Assembly (NCBI GenBank): GCA_030654225.1
Contig: JAURXY010000003.1
Span: 16,056-80,055 of the forward strand
Origin: a bacterium
GTDB lineage: Bacteria; Patescibacteriota; Minisyncoccia; Moranbacterales; UBA2206
Direction of reading: 5' to 3'
DNA: 64,000 nucleotides
The notes beneath the pieces are model-generated. The model searched no databases. It was not told where the DNA came from and saw only the letters and a program-made list of their open reading frames with translations. A program made the translations under genes and the position numbers. This document shows, piece by piece, positions 38,457 to 47,775 of this stretch (positions within the stretch are counted from its first letter, which is position 1; each line of letters begins with the position of its first letter).

Positions 38457-39530
38457 ATGATAAAAAATGGAAAAAAAGTATTGTTAGGCATGTCAGGCGG
38501 TGTCGATTCCTGTGTGTCAGCAGCCCTGCTTAAAAAGCAGGGTTTTGATGTTAGGGGAATATATTTACAAATGTGGAAAGTTGATGGAGAAAAGAGTAAT
38601 GCAAAAGCAATTAAGGATGCGCAAAAAATTGCCAAAATTTTGGATATCCCGTTGGAAATTATGGATGTACGAAAAAAATTCAAAAAAGAAGTGGCAGGAT
38701 ATTTTTTGAAAGAATATTTGGCGGGACGCACGCCTAATCCGTGTATTTTTTGCAATGAAAATTTGAAATTTAAAACGTTGTTTGAAATGGCGAATAAACT
38801 AAAAATTGACTACATTGCCACTGGCCATTATGCAAGAATCATGAAGCATGAAACATGTAGCATGAAGCAGAAGAAATATAAATTATTAGAAGCGAAAGAT
38901 AGAAATAAGGATCAGTCATATTTTCTATATCGTCTGAAACAAAAGCAGTTGGCCAGAATTATTTTTCCTCTGGGAGAAATAGAAAAAACTGAAACGAGAA
39001 AATTGGCCAAGAAGTTTGGTCTGCCGGTTTTTGACAAAGCGGAATCGCAAGACATTTGTTTTTTGGCAAATATGTCAGTCGAGGAATTTTTGACGAAAAA
39101 TATGAAATTGAAAAAAGGGAAAATAATTGATACGAGCAGGCAAGTTATCGGAGAGCATCTGGGACTTCCTCTCTACACACTTGGTCAACGCAAGGGAATA
39201 AATATCGGTGGAACAGGGCCGTATTATGTGACAAAAAAAGATGTTAAAAAAAATTGTATAATTGTGACTAACAAAAAAGAGGATTTGTCTTTATTCTCTA
39301 AATTTGTTAATCTAGAGGAGTTAAATTGGATTTTGGCTGTGCCTAAATTTCCGGCCAAAGTTTTAGCGAGAATTAGATATCGAAGTTCTCTAATTCCAGC
39401 GGTGATAAAAAAACAAAAAAATGGATGCCGGGTTGTTTTTGATGAGATTCAGCGCGCAGTGACGCCTGGGCAATCAATTGTGTTTTATAATAAAAAATCA
39501 GAAATTTTAGGTGGGGGAATAATAAAATAA
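38457..39530 (+). CDS. mnmA: tRNA-specific 2-thiouridylase
   Basis: PP-loop VLLGMSGGVDSCVSAALL...IYLQMW and conserved catalytic Cys residues. 357 aa. Confidence 0.9.
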   Translation: MIKNGKKVLLGMSGGVDSCVSAALLKKQGFDVRGIYLQMWKVDGEKSNAKAIKDAQKIAKILDIPLEIMDVRKKFKKEVAGYFLKEYLAGRTPNPCIFCNENLKFKTLFEMANKLKIDYIATGHYARIMKHETCSMKQKKYKLLEAKDRNKDQSYFLYRLKQKQLARIIFPLGEIEKTETRKLAKKFGLPVFDKAESQDICFLANMSVEEFLTKNMKLKKGKIIDTSRQVIGEHLGLPLYTLGQRKGINIGGTGPYYVTKKDVKKNCIIVTNKKEDLSLFSKFVNLEELNWILAVPKFPAKVLARIRYRSSLIPAVIKKQKNGCRVVFDEIQRAVTPGQSIVFYNKKSEILGGGIIK

Positions 39531-39539
39531 TAAAAATTT

Positions 39540-39809
39540 ATGTACGGAAATAATGATTTGAGCGATGAAGATAAAAAAAGGCAACTAAATGCTTTAAATA
39601 TGCAACTGAGCATGCTTGACAGTGATCAGAAGAAATTTTCCAATGAAAAAAATATTTTGGAAGCGGAAATTAGAAAAATCAAGATGAATGGTGAAAGACT
39701 GCGCATTGATTTAAGTGAAAAACAAAAAAGATTTGAAACGGTGAATTTTCAATTTTCGCAAAATGAAGATGAGATAAAGAGACTAAAAAGAAAATTAACC
39801 TCATTATAA
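39540..39809 (+). CDS. Hypothetical coiled-coil protein
   Basis: 89 aa, highly charged heptad-like sequence. No motif. Confidence 0.3.
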   Translation: MYGNNDLSDEDKKRQLNALNMQLSMLDSDQKKFSNEKNILEAEIRKIKMNGERLRIDLSEKQKRFETVNFQFSQNEDEIKRLKRKLTSL

Positions 39810-39890
39810 TTTTTAATTCACCCTGTTAAGTAATTTTTTATTAAAAAATTAATTTTGCAAAGCAAAATTTACTAAACAGGGTAAAAAAAT

Positions 39891-40145
39891 ATGATATCAA
39901 ATTTAACGAACATCGTGATCTCATCTATTAGTAATCAAAAAGAAGAAATTGCTGAAAAATTTAACAATTATGAAAGTAAAGTGAAGGATATTGAAAGAGA
40001 AATAAACAACGAAAAAGTAGATGTTTCTAACAGAGAAGAAATACTTGCAAAAGCTATGGGTATGCTGGAAGAATTGTTTGGCTCTTATGTAACGAATGAT
40101 AATTACAGAAAAATAAAAACAGAACTTGGTTATAAGATAAGGTAA
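39891..40145 (+). CDS. Hypothetical coiled-coil protein
   Basis: 84 aa, charged. No motif. Confidence 0.3.
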   Translation: MISNLTNIVISSISNQKEEIAEKFNNYESKVKDIEREINNEKVDVSNREEILAKAMGMLEELFGSYVTNDNYRKIKTELGYKIR

Positions 40146-40150
40146 TCTTT

Positions 40151-42118
40151 ATGACAGCCAACGAATTACGAACAAAATATTTGGAATTTTTCAAACAACG
40201 GGGACATCAGATTGTGCCAAGTGGTTCTTTGATTCCGGAAAATGATCCTACGACGCTTTTTACGGGTTCGGGAATGCAACCGATGATTCCCTATCTTATG
40301 GGAGAAAAGCATCCTTTGGGAGGTAGAATTGCTGATTCACAAAAAAGTTTTCGTTCGGGAGACATCGAAGAAGTGGGCGACAATCGTCATACTACTTTTT
40401 TCGAAATGTTGGGGAATTGGTCGTTGGGAGATTATTTCAAAAAAGAACAAATTGGTTGGATGTTTGAATTTTTGACTAAAGAAATTGGCCTAGATCCGGA
40501 AAAAATTTATGTGACAGTTTTTCGTGGGGATGAAAGCTTGAAAATTCCTCGCGATGACGAATCGGTGGTTTATTGGCAAGAATTGTTCAAAAGCATAAAT
40601 ATCGAAGCTTTGGCAGTGGACAATGCGGAGATTGGCGGAATGCAAAATGGGCGAATTTTCTATTATCCAGTGGAAAAAAATTGGTGGAGTCGCGCCGGCG
40701 TGCCGAACAATATGCCACTTGGAGAACCAGGAGGACCGGATAGCGAAATGTTTTGGGATTTTGGAGCGGAACTGAAAATTCACGAAAATTCGCAATGGAG
40801 AAATCAACAATGTCATGTTAATTGTGATTGTGGGAGATTTTTGGAAATCGGAAATAATGTTTTTATGCAATATATCAAAACTCAAACTGGTTTCGAACTT
40901 TTGAAACAACAAAATGTTGATTTTGGCGGAGGACTAGAAAGAATTTTGGCGGCGACAAATGGCAATCCAGATATATTCCTCACGGATATTTTTGCAAAAG
41001 CTAAAGCGGAAATTGAAAAATTATCTGGGAAAAAATATGAAGATAACAGGGAAGCTTTTCGGGTGATTTTGGATCATCTTCGCGCGGCGACATTCTTGAT
41101 TGCTGATGGCGCCTATCCTAGCAACAAAGATCAAGGATATTTTGTGCGACGGCTAATTCGCCGAGCAGTGCGATTTGCGCATAAATTAGGAATAGAAAAA
41201 AACTTTTGTTCTGATATCGCTAAAATTTATATCCAATATTATCAAGGTGCCTATCCTGATTTATTAGAGAAATCAGAAAAGATTTTAGAAGAGTTGGAAA
41301 AAGAGGAGGATAAATTTAGGAGGACTTTTGCTAAAGGAGAGAAAATTCAGGACAAAGAAACTCAGCAACTTTATTATGATCTTATTCTTAAGGAAAAAGC
41401 TTTGCATGCAGGATTATCTGATGAAGAGGTGATTAATTTATTGAAAGATAAGGGCATACCAACTAGCGCTATTAATTTATCTGCTGAAATAGCATTTAAT
41501 TTGGAGACGACACATGGTTATTTTCATGATTTATTCTTTGATAATTTGAAAGAGGAAATACCAGGTGCAAACAAAAAAATTAACAATATAAATAAAAAAT
41601 TTGAAGAAAAACTTGAAAAACATCAAGAACTTTCTCGTACTGCTTCAGCTGGGAAATTCAAGGGTGGATTAGCTGATCACAGTGAAAAAATAACGGCGCT
41701 TCACACGGCGACGCATTTGATGCTGGCGGGACTACGAAAAGTTCTCGGGGAAAATGTTCATCAAAAAGGATCAAACATCACAGAGGAACGAATTCGTTTT
41801 GATTTTTCGCATTCCGACAAAATGACGGATGAGCAAAAAAAAGCCGTCGAGGATTATGTGAACGAAGCGATTAATTCTAAGACTGATGTCGTGATGGAAG
41901 AAATGACGCTTTCCGAAGCGAGAGAGAAGGGCGCCGAAGGGGCATTTGAAAATAAATATGGTGAGCGAGTGAAAGTATATTCAATCTTTGGATTTTCCAA
42001 TGAGATTTGTGGCGGTCCGCATGTCCGAAACACCGGCGATATCGAAGGCGTTTTCAAAATCACAAAAGAAGAAAGTTCTTCTACTGGAGTGCGCAGAATC
42101 AAAGCAATTATCTCCTAA
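40151..42118 (+). CDS. alaS: Alanyl-tRNA synthetase (short form lacking the C-terminal C-Ala/DHHA1 region)
   Basis: Class II catalytic core (FFKQRGHQIVPSGSLIPENDPTTLFTGSGMQ), editing domain HxxxH (HTATHLM) and CGGPHV. Only 655 aa, versus about 870 for canonical AlaRS. Confidence 0.9.
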   Translation: MTANELRTKYLEFFKQRGHQIVPSGSLIPENDPTTLFTGSGMQPMIPYLMGEKHPLGGRIADSQKSFRSGDIEEVGDNRHTTFFEMLGNWSLGDYFKKEQIGWMFEFLTKEIGLDPEKIYVTVFRGDESLKIPRDDESVVYWQELFKSINIEALAVDNAEIGGMQNGRIFYYPVEKNWWSRAGVPNNMPLGEPGGPDSEMFWDFGAELKIHENSQWRNQQCHVNCDCGRFLEIGNNVFMQYIKTQTGFELLKQQNVDFGGGLERILAATNGNPDIFLTDIFAKAKAEIEKLSGKKYEDNREAFRVILDHLRAATFLIADGAYPSNKDQGYFVRRLIRRAVRFAHKLGIEKNFCSDIAKIYIQYYQGAYPDLLEKSEKILEELEKEEDKFRRTFAKGEKIQDKETQQLYYDLILKEKALHAGLSDEEVINLLKDKGIPTSAINLSAEIAFNLETTHGYFHDLFFDNLKEEIPGANKKINNINKKFEEKLEKHQELSRTASAGKFKGGLADHSEKITALHTATHLMLAGLRKVLGENVHQKGSNITEERIRFDFSHSDKMTDEQKKAVEDYVNEAINSKTDVVMEEMTLSEAREKGAEGAFENKYGERVKVYSIFGFSNEICGGPHVRNTGDIEGVFKITKEESSSTGVRRIKAIIS

Positions 42119-42185
42119 AGCGAAGCTTTAGGAAAAAGGCTTAAAATAGGGCAAAATCGGCTCTATTTTTTTGTGTGGGCAAAAA

Positions 42186-42214
42186 GATTGACAAAAGGCT
42201 AATTCTATGCTACA
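42186..42214 (+). promoter_or_regulatory. Sigma70-like promoter TTGACA-N17-TACAAT
   Basis: TTGACA at 42186-42191, 17-nt spacer, TACAAT at 42209-42214, upstream of the 42378 gene. Confidence 0.45.
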
Positions 42215-42377
42215 ATTTATAGTTAAAAATCGTACATTAAAAATCCAACCAAAACTCGATTGCCCGGTTTTTGCCTTTAGTTAGTGATCTAATTTGAGGC
42301 AGAAATCGGGGAATTGAAAAACTGAAATGGCCATTTCGGCCGAATTTTAATTTAATGTTATTTTGAGGAGATGAAAA

Positions 42378-43100
42378 ATGAAGAAAATGACGATGATCGT
42401 GTTGGCAATGGTGGTTTTTTTTGGTTTTAATATTTGCGTTACTCAGGCGGAGCAACAACGAATGTATTTTCAATTAGAATCAGGGCAGGAAGTACAAAAA
42501 TTTGTTAATTTTTCCTTCAATGCGTCTTGGGGTTGCCAAACTTACCGATTCATTTCGGGCGATCCAAATTTTGGAAATAAGCCTTATTGGGAAGAAATCC
42601 CCCCCGGTTCATATTCGGGTCCTGGCATGGGTCTTTACCGTTTTATTGCGGAAGGATCAAAGGGAGAGGTAAATATTTCTGGTGAAACAACTATGTTGTC
42701 TGGCTACCAAGACATTAGAGATTTACAAGACATAAGTCTCTTCGTAAAGGATTCTTGGGTGCCATTTAATCTGGGATTTCTTCCGATGTGTAAGGATGGT
42801 GCTTTATTATACACCTATAGCTGGGTAAACCCAGGATGGGGCACTTCAATTTGTCATAAGCAAGCAGATGAGTATACGACTATTTTCAAGAAATTAGTTG
42901 GTGTTGTTATTTTCAGCAGCGCCGGATTTTTGGAAAAAGTTGTTCTGGCTAATTCCAATACAATAAATGACATGTGGATAAATACTGGTGAAATTGCCTT
43001 ATTGATCCACTATGAAGGCAACAACTGGCCAGCCGAAAATAAGATTTTTTCGATGGCCGTAAAGAATATTAATCAAAACATCAAAAATTCATCGAACTGA
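42378..43100 (+). CDS. Hypothetical secreted protein
   Basis: Signal peptide MKKMTMIVLAMVVFFGFNICVTQA. 240 aa, no motif recognised. Confidence 0.5.
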   Translation: MKKMTMIVLAMVVFFGFNICVTQAEQQRMYFQLESGQEVQKFVNFSFNASWGCQTYRFISGDPNFGNKPYWEEIPPGSYSGPGMGLYRFIAEGSKGEVNISGETTMLSGYQDIRDLQDISLFVKDSWVPFNLGFLPMCKDGALLYTYSWVNPGWGTSICHKQADEYTTIFKKLVGVVIFSSAGFLEKVVLANSNTINDMWINTGEIALLIHYEGNNWPAENKIFSMAVKNINQNIKNSSN

Positions 43101-43110
43101 GGATTCGATT

Positions 43111-43150
43111 AAGAGGGCTCGCGTTGTAGTATCGCGCGAGCCCTCTTTTT
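43111..43150 (+). terminator. Rho-independent terminator
   Basis: GC-rich 13-bp stem aagagggctcgcg/cgcgagccctctt followed by a T-run. Confidence 0.7.
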
Positions 43151-43206
43151 GCGTCTCAATTCTTGCAAACAACTAATAATAATGCTAAATTTAGGATAAT
43201 AGTAGT

Positions 43207-43245
43207 GATGCGCTTGCCTGCCGGTAGGCAGGAATCTACGAATAT
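43207..43245 (+). promoter_or_regulatory. Dispersed ATGCG/AATCTACGAAT element interrupted by a 20-bp perfect hairpin
   Basis: gatgcg-[cttgcctgccggtaggcagg]-aatctacgaatat. The hairpin cctgcc/ggcagg is inserted between the motif halves. Located 20 nt upstream of the 43266 gene. Confidence 0.5.
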
Positions 43246-43265
43246 AATTCTAAGAACTAAAAAAT

Positions 43266-43607
43266 ATGAAAATAGTTGAAGAAAAAATAACTTTGGAAGA
43301 GCTGAAGGAGATGTCTGGAAAAATGTTTGGAAATTTGGTGAAAGCGGTGGTGGATATTGAAAAAGAAATTATGGTTGTGGATGCTGGTTTGCATGCTGAT
43401 GAAGAGGCATTACTTTTGGAAAATGGTTCCGAGCAGAAAAACCTTTGGGGAATAAATCTTTATCCAGAAATGACGGGAGAGGACTTTGTGGAATTTGATT
43501 CAATGATAAACTTGCGTCCATCACAAAATAATCGCAGTCGGGGAGTTGATGACACAGAAATTCAAAAGAAAATAATACAAATAGTTGATAAATTAGTAAA
43601 AAAATAA
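43266..43607 (+). CDS. Hypothetical protein
   Basis: 113 aa acidic protein. No motif. Confidence 0.45.
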   Translation: MKIVEEKITLEELKEMSGKMFGNLVKAVVDIEKEIMVVDAGLHADEEALLLENGSEQKNLWGINLYPEMTGEDFVEFDSMINLRPSQNNRSRGVDDTEIQKKIIQIVDKLVKK

Positions 43608-43613
43608 ATTAGC

Positions 43614-43940
43614 ATGCAACATACTGACCTAACAAACAATAGATGGCAAGAATTTTCATTTTTTGAACAAATGGCGAACGTCGGCAGTGAAGTTGAACGG
43701 GCGATAAAATGGAAAAACAAGGAAAATTTGGAATATAGCCGAATGGCTTTGGAACGAGCTTTGGAACTGCTTGATCTTACAATTTCTGATCCAAAAAATA
43801 AAAAAGGATTGAAAGAAATATTGCGCGTGCGAGAAGCTTTGGCGGATTATTTCGCGTTTAGCAACGAGTATAAATCAACGGATAAAAGTTGGCAAAATTA
43901 TTTCTACTCTTTTAATTTTGCAGCACGCTTAGGAATTTAA
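43614..43940 (+). CDS. Hypothetical protein
   Basis: 108 aa. No motif. Confidence 0.4.
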   Translation: MQHTDLTNNRWQEFSFFEQMANVGSEVERAIKWKNKENLEYSRMALERALELLDLTISDPKNKKGLKEILRVREALADYFAFSNEYKSTDKSWQNYFYSFNFAARLGI

Positions 43941-43960
43941 TAAAAATAAGATAAAATTTT

Positions 43961-45178
43961 ATGACAAAAGTTATTACTGATGAAAAAATGATTGACGAGG
44001 TTTTGGAAAGAGGGGTGGAGCAAATTTTTCCGGATAAAAAAACACTCAAAGAAAAATTGATGAGCGGAGAAAGAATCCGGCTGTATTGTGGCTATGATCC
44101 GACGGCGCCATCACTTCACATTGGAAACGCGGTGACAATCAACAAGCTTTCTCAATTCCAAAAACTTGGTCATGAAATTATTTTTCTCATAGGTGATTTT
44201 ACTTGCATGATTGGAGATCCGACGGATAAATTAGCTACGCGAAAAAAAATGACGCGCGAAGAAATTTTGGAAAATGCTAAAGGATATCAAAAACAAGCGA
44301 GCGGATATTTGAAGTTTGATGGAGAAAATCCAGCGCAGATTATGTATAACAGCGAATGGAATGACAAATTAACTTTCAAAGAACTAATTGAACTTTCTTC
44401 TAACTTTACGGTTCAGCAAATGATTCAGCGTGATATGTTTCAAAAAAGAATGGCAGAGGAAAAACCAATTTATTTGCATGAATTTCTCTATCCTTTGACG
44501 CAAGGTTATGATAGCGTGGTGATGAATGTGGATTTGGAAATTGGCGGGAACGATCAAATGTTTAATATGTTGGCTGGCAGAACTTTGCAAAAAAATATTA
44601 ATAACAAGGAAAAATTTGTTGTGACGCTAAAACTCTTGGCGGATGAGACTGGCAAGAAAATGGGCAAAAGTGAAGGCAACGCAGTTTTTTTGGATCAAGC
44701 TCCGCAGGATATGTATGGCGCAGTGATGAGTTGGACAGATGGAACAATCGCTGTGGGTTTTGAAATGGCGACCAATGTTTCAATGCAAGAAGTAAAAGAA
44801 GTTGAGGAAGCTTTGAAAGATGAAAAAAATAATCCGCGAGACTACAAAATGAAATTGGCTTATGAAATGGTGAAAATAAATTATGGTGAAGAAGCAGCCG
44901 ATAAAGCGCAGGAAAATTTTGTCAGGACTGTGCAGAAAAAAGAAGTGCCAGATGTTGTAGTGGAAGAAAATGGAAATAATGGAGAAAAGCTGATTGATTT
45001 TATAGTGCGAGCAAAATTAGCTTCAAGTAATGGTGATGCCAAAAGAAAAATTGAACAAGGTGGAGTTTCGATTGATGGGGAAATCGTGAAAGACATTCAA
45101 ATAAAAATTTCGAAAGATATGAATGGAAAAATTTTGAAAGTTGGCAAGAGAGAATTTCGAAAGATAATCGTGAAATAA
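43961..45178 (+). CDS. tyrS: Tyrosyl-tRNA synthetase
   Basis: HIGN (class I HIGH), KMGKS (KMSKS), and a C-terminal S4-like domain. 405 aa. Confidence 0.92.
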   Translation: MTKVITDEKMIDEVLERGVEQIFPDKKTLKEKLMSGERIRLYCGYDPTAPSLHIGNAVTINKLSQFQKLGHEIIFLIGDFTCMIGDPTDKLATRKKMTREEILENAKGYQKQASGYLKFDGENPAQIMYNSEWNDKLTFKELIELSSNFTVQQMIQRDMFQKRMAEEKPIYLHEFLYPLTQGYDSVVMNVDLEIGGNDQMFNMLAGRTLQKNINNKEKFVVTLKLLADETGKKMGKSEGNAVFLDQAPQDMYGAVMSWTDGTIAVGFEMATNVSMQEVKEVEEALKDEKNNPRDYKMKLAYEMVKINYGEEAADKAQENFVRTVQKKEVPDVVVEENGNNGEKLIDFIVRAKLASSNGDAKRKIEQGGVSIDGEIVKDIQIKISKDMNGKILKVGKREFRKIIVK

Positions 45179-45469
45179 TTGTATAATAGACAAGAAACCC
45201 CGCACCAATTTCGATAAGATTTTATTTTAAGAAATAGTCTTAATTGCGAATACGCCTACGGCTTGGATTTTAATAAAAAAATTGTTTGATATTAGAATTG
45301 GTGAGGGGTAAAGTTATCCACAGGTCTTGCATTATTTTCAAAAAACTGTAGAATTATTTTATTAATTAAATTAAATAAAAAGCTGGGCAGTATTTTTAGG
45401 TTTTTTTCGCTTCGCATTAGAATTGTTATGAATGTGAGGTTTACTGTCGGGCTAAATAAAAGGTAAGAG

Positions 45470-45913
45470 ATGGCAGAGAAAAAAAAATCAGTCGGCAAGA
45501 AAAGTGCCAAGACAATTAATTTTGGATTGCACCTCACTCTTGACGGCTACGGTGGAAATCCGGATAAGCTAAATGACGGGAATTTAGTGAAAAAAATTCT
45601 AGACGAGCTCCCGGGAAAAGTAGGCATGCATAAAATTTATGGACCAGTGACGATGGATTGTCCCGAATTCAACGAAAAGGATTCTGGGGGGCATAGTGGT
45701 TTTGTGATGATCGCAGAGAGTCACATTAGTTGCCACACTTTTCCGTGGCGGAAATTTGTGAGTATCGATGTGTACACTTGCGGAAGTTCAATGGACAAGA
45801 AGTTTATCGTGAACTATTTCAAAAAAGCGTTTGAACTCAAAAAAGTGGAATTGAACTTCATAAAACGCGGAACAAAATTTCCAGCCAAGGATTTGGTAGC
45901 GAAAGAAAAATAA
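45470..45913 (+). CDS. speH: S-adenosylmethionine decarboxylase proenzyme-like (SpeH/class 1B type)
   Basis: GHSGFVMIAESHISCHTFPWRKFVSIDVYTCG matches the AdoMetDC core (sG...laESHisiHTwPE...DiftCG, with the autoprocessing ES site). Confidence 0.7.
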   Translation: MAEKKKSVGKKSAKTINFGLHLTLDGYGGNPDKLNDGNLVKKILDELPGKVGMHKIYGPVTMDCPEFNEKDSGGHSGFVMIAESHISCHTFPWRKFVSIDVYTCGSSMDKKFIVNYFKKAFELKKVELNFIKRGTKFPAKDLVAKEK

Positions 45914-45929
45914 TCTTGAATATATAAAA

Positions 45930-45969
45930 AAGGCGAGGTCTTACTCAATGGAGTAGCCTCGCTTTTTTT
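45930..45969 (+). terminator. Rho-independent terminator after speH
   Basis: Stem ggcgagg...cctcgc followed by 7 T. Confidence 0.6.
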
Positions 45970-45995
45970 GTATGATGATACAGTTTTTTGAAATT

Positions 45996-46307
45996 TTAAA
46001 ATGGTAGCTCGACTAAACTCCCTTGCTCTTTCGCCCATTTGGCCATATATTCAAATTTCTTCTCCGATGTAGGTCCCAATGGGGTTGTTCTGGGTAAATT
46101 CATAGCCTCAGTTGGATTTTCTGAATACCCTATTTTTTGTTCGCGCAAAATCTCACGAAACACCCAACCCCACTTGTAATCGATTGAGTCCTGAGGAATT
46201 ACCCCTTCCATCTCCAGTTGATGAGTAAAATCGCTTAAATGACGCAATGCATACTTTTTCATGGTTGCCTCCTTATTGCAAATAATATAGGTTAATTTCC
46301 AGACCAC
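45996..46307 (-). CDS. Hypothetical protein
   Basis: 103 aa ORF. The likely start is the internal MKKYALRH (about 88 aa). No motif. Confidence 0.4.
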   Translation of the reverse strand: MVWKLTYIICNKEATMKKYALRHLSDFTHQLEMEGVIPQDSIDYKWGWVFREILREQKIGYSENPTEAMNLPRTTPLGPTSEKKFEYMAKWAKEQGSLVELPF

Positions 46308-46485
46308 ATTCCCTAAGAAAATTTATATAAATTGTTTCAACAATTATTTGTTAAGGAATAAACTACATTATCATAGATTTATTGTTCTGTCAAAACAAAT
46401 TTCGGGTATGGGAATATCGCTTTTTGATTTCTAAGATCTGTGGTATAATTATGGTAGTTAATAAAAACAAAATTATTTTTTTTCA

Positions 46486-47754
46486 ATGTCTATTTTTTCT
46501 AAAATTGCAGGATTAGGAAAGCCTTCTTCGGAATTTATCGTATCCTTGGATATTGGTACGGAAGTGGTCAAAGTTTTGGTTTTCAAAATTGATCCGGAAA
46601 CGGGAGCGGGAATAGTTCGTGGTGTGGGCAGATCGCGCCAAGGCTTGAAAGACATGCACAGCGGAGCCGTCTCTGATATTTCTGGCGTGATTGTCAATTG
46701 TCGAGAAGCCATTGCAATGGCGCAAAATATGGCCGGCGCGAAAAAAGTTGAAAAAGCGATTATCGGCATTGCGGGGGAATTGGTCAAAGGCACCACAACC
46801 ACAGTGCATTATGAAAGAATTAATCCGGAAATCAGAATTGATTTGCCAGAACTAAAAAACATCATTCAAAAAGTTCAAAGAAAAGCTTTTGATAGGATCA
46901 GAAGTCAGTTGTCTTGGGAAACAGGACACAGTGAAATAGAAATTGAGCTAATTAATGCGGTGATTGTGGATGTTAGAATTGATGGATACAAAGTTTCTAA
47001 TCCAGTCGGATTTCAAGGACGCGATGTTTCAATGTCTATTTTCAATGCTTATGCGCCAATGATGCATCTCGGAGCGCTCACTAAAATCGCAGAAGAACTT
47101 GATCTTAATCTTTTGAATATCGCAGCTGAGCCATATGCCGTAGCTCGCTCAATGGGCGTGGAAGATTCTTTGGATTTTAGTGCAATTTTCATCGACATTG
47201 GTGGCGGAACAACAGATGTTGCTGTGGTGCGAAATGGCGGACTAGAAGGCACGAAAATGTTTGGCTTGGGTGGACGAGCTTTCACTAAAAGATTAGCGCA
47301 AGAACTCAATATTGGTTTTGAAGAAGCAGAAATGCTCAAAATTAAATATGCCGAAGGAAAATTAGGGAGGGATGTGAGTGTGAAAATTGAAAAAATTCTT
47401 TCGGATGATTGCGATGTGTGGCTTCGCGGAATTGAATTAACCTTGTCGGAATTTTCTGAATCAGACATTTTGCCACATCGTTTTTTTCTGTGCGGAGGAG
47501 GTTCTGGACTGCCTGGGATAAAGAAATCTCTGATGAGTACGCACTGGAGAAAAAATTTGCCTTTTGCAAAATCAATTGAAGTTGGATATCTGCAACCAAA
47601 AGATGTGGTAAATATTATTGATGAAACAGGACAGCTCAAAGATCCACAAGACATCACACCAATGGGGCTAGCTAATTTGGCGTTAGATTTAGCCGGAGAA
47701 GAAAAAGTAATTGCCGGAATACTTCGGCGAACAGTGAAAATGATGCAGAAGTAA
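46486..47754 (+). CDS. Actin-fold ATPase, FtsA/PilM-like
   Basis: SLDIGTEVVKVLVF (phosphate-1) and FIDIGGGTTDVAVV (phosphate-2/adenosine motif), 422 aa. ftsA versus pilM was not resolved, and no ftsZ follows. Confidence 0.6.
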   Translation: MSIFSKIAGLGKPSSEFIVSLDIGTEVVKVLVFKIDPETGAGIVRGVGRSRQGLKDMHSGAVSDISGVIVNCREAIAMAQNMAGAKKVEKAIIGIAGELVKGTTTTVHYERINPEIRIDLPELKNIIQKVQRKAFDRIRSQLSWETGHSEIEIELINAVIVDVRIDGYKVSNPVGFQGRDVSMSIFNAYAPMMHLGALTKIAEELDLNLLNIAAEPYAVARSMGVEDSLDFSAIFIDIGGGTTDVAVVRNGGLEGTKMFGLGGRAFTKRLAQELNIGFEEAEMLKIKYAEGKLGRDVSVKIEKILSDDCDVWLRGIELTLSEFSESDILPHRFFLCGGGSGLPGIKKSLMSTHWRKNLPFAKSIEVGYLQPKDVVNIIDETGQLKDPQDITPMGLANLALDLAGEEKVIAGILRRTVKMMQK

Positions 47755-47775
47755 ATTTAAATAATATAAAAAATT

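Noticed and set aside
45179-45469. SAM riboswitch upstream of speH
   Set aside because: No match to the SAM-I, SAM-II or SAM/SAH consensus helices could be found by inspection. Retained only as a low-interest note.
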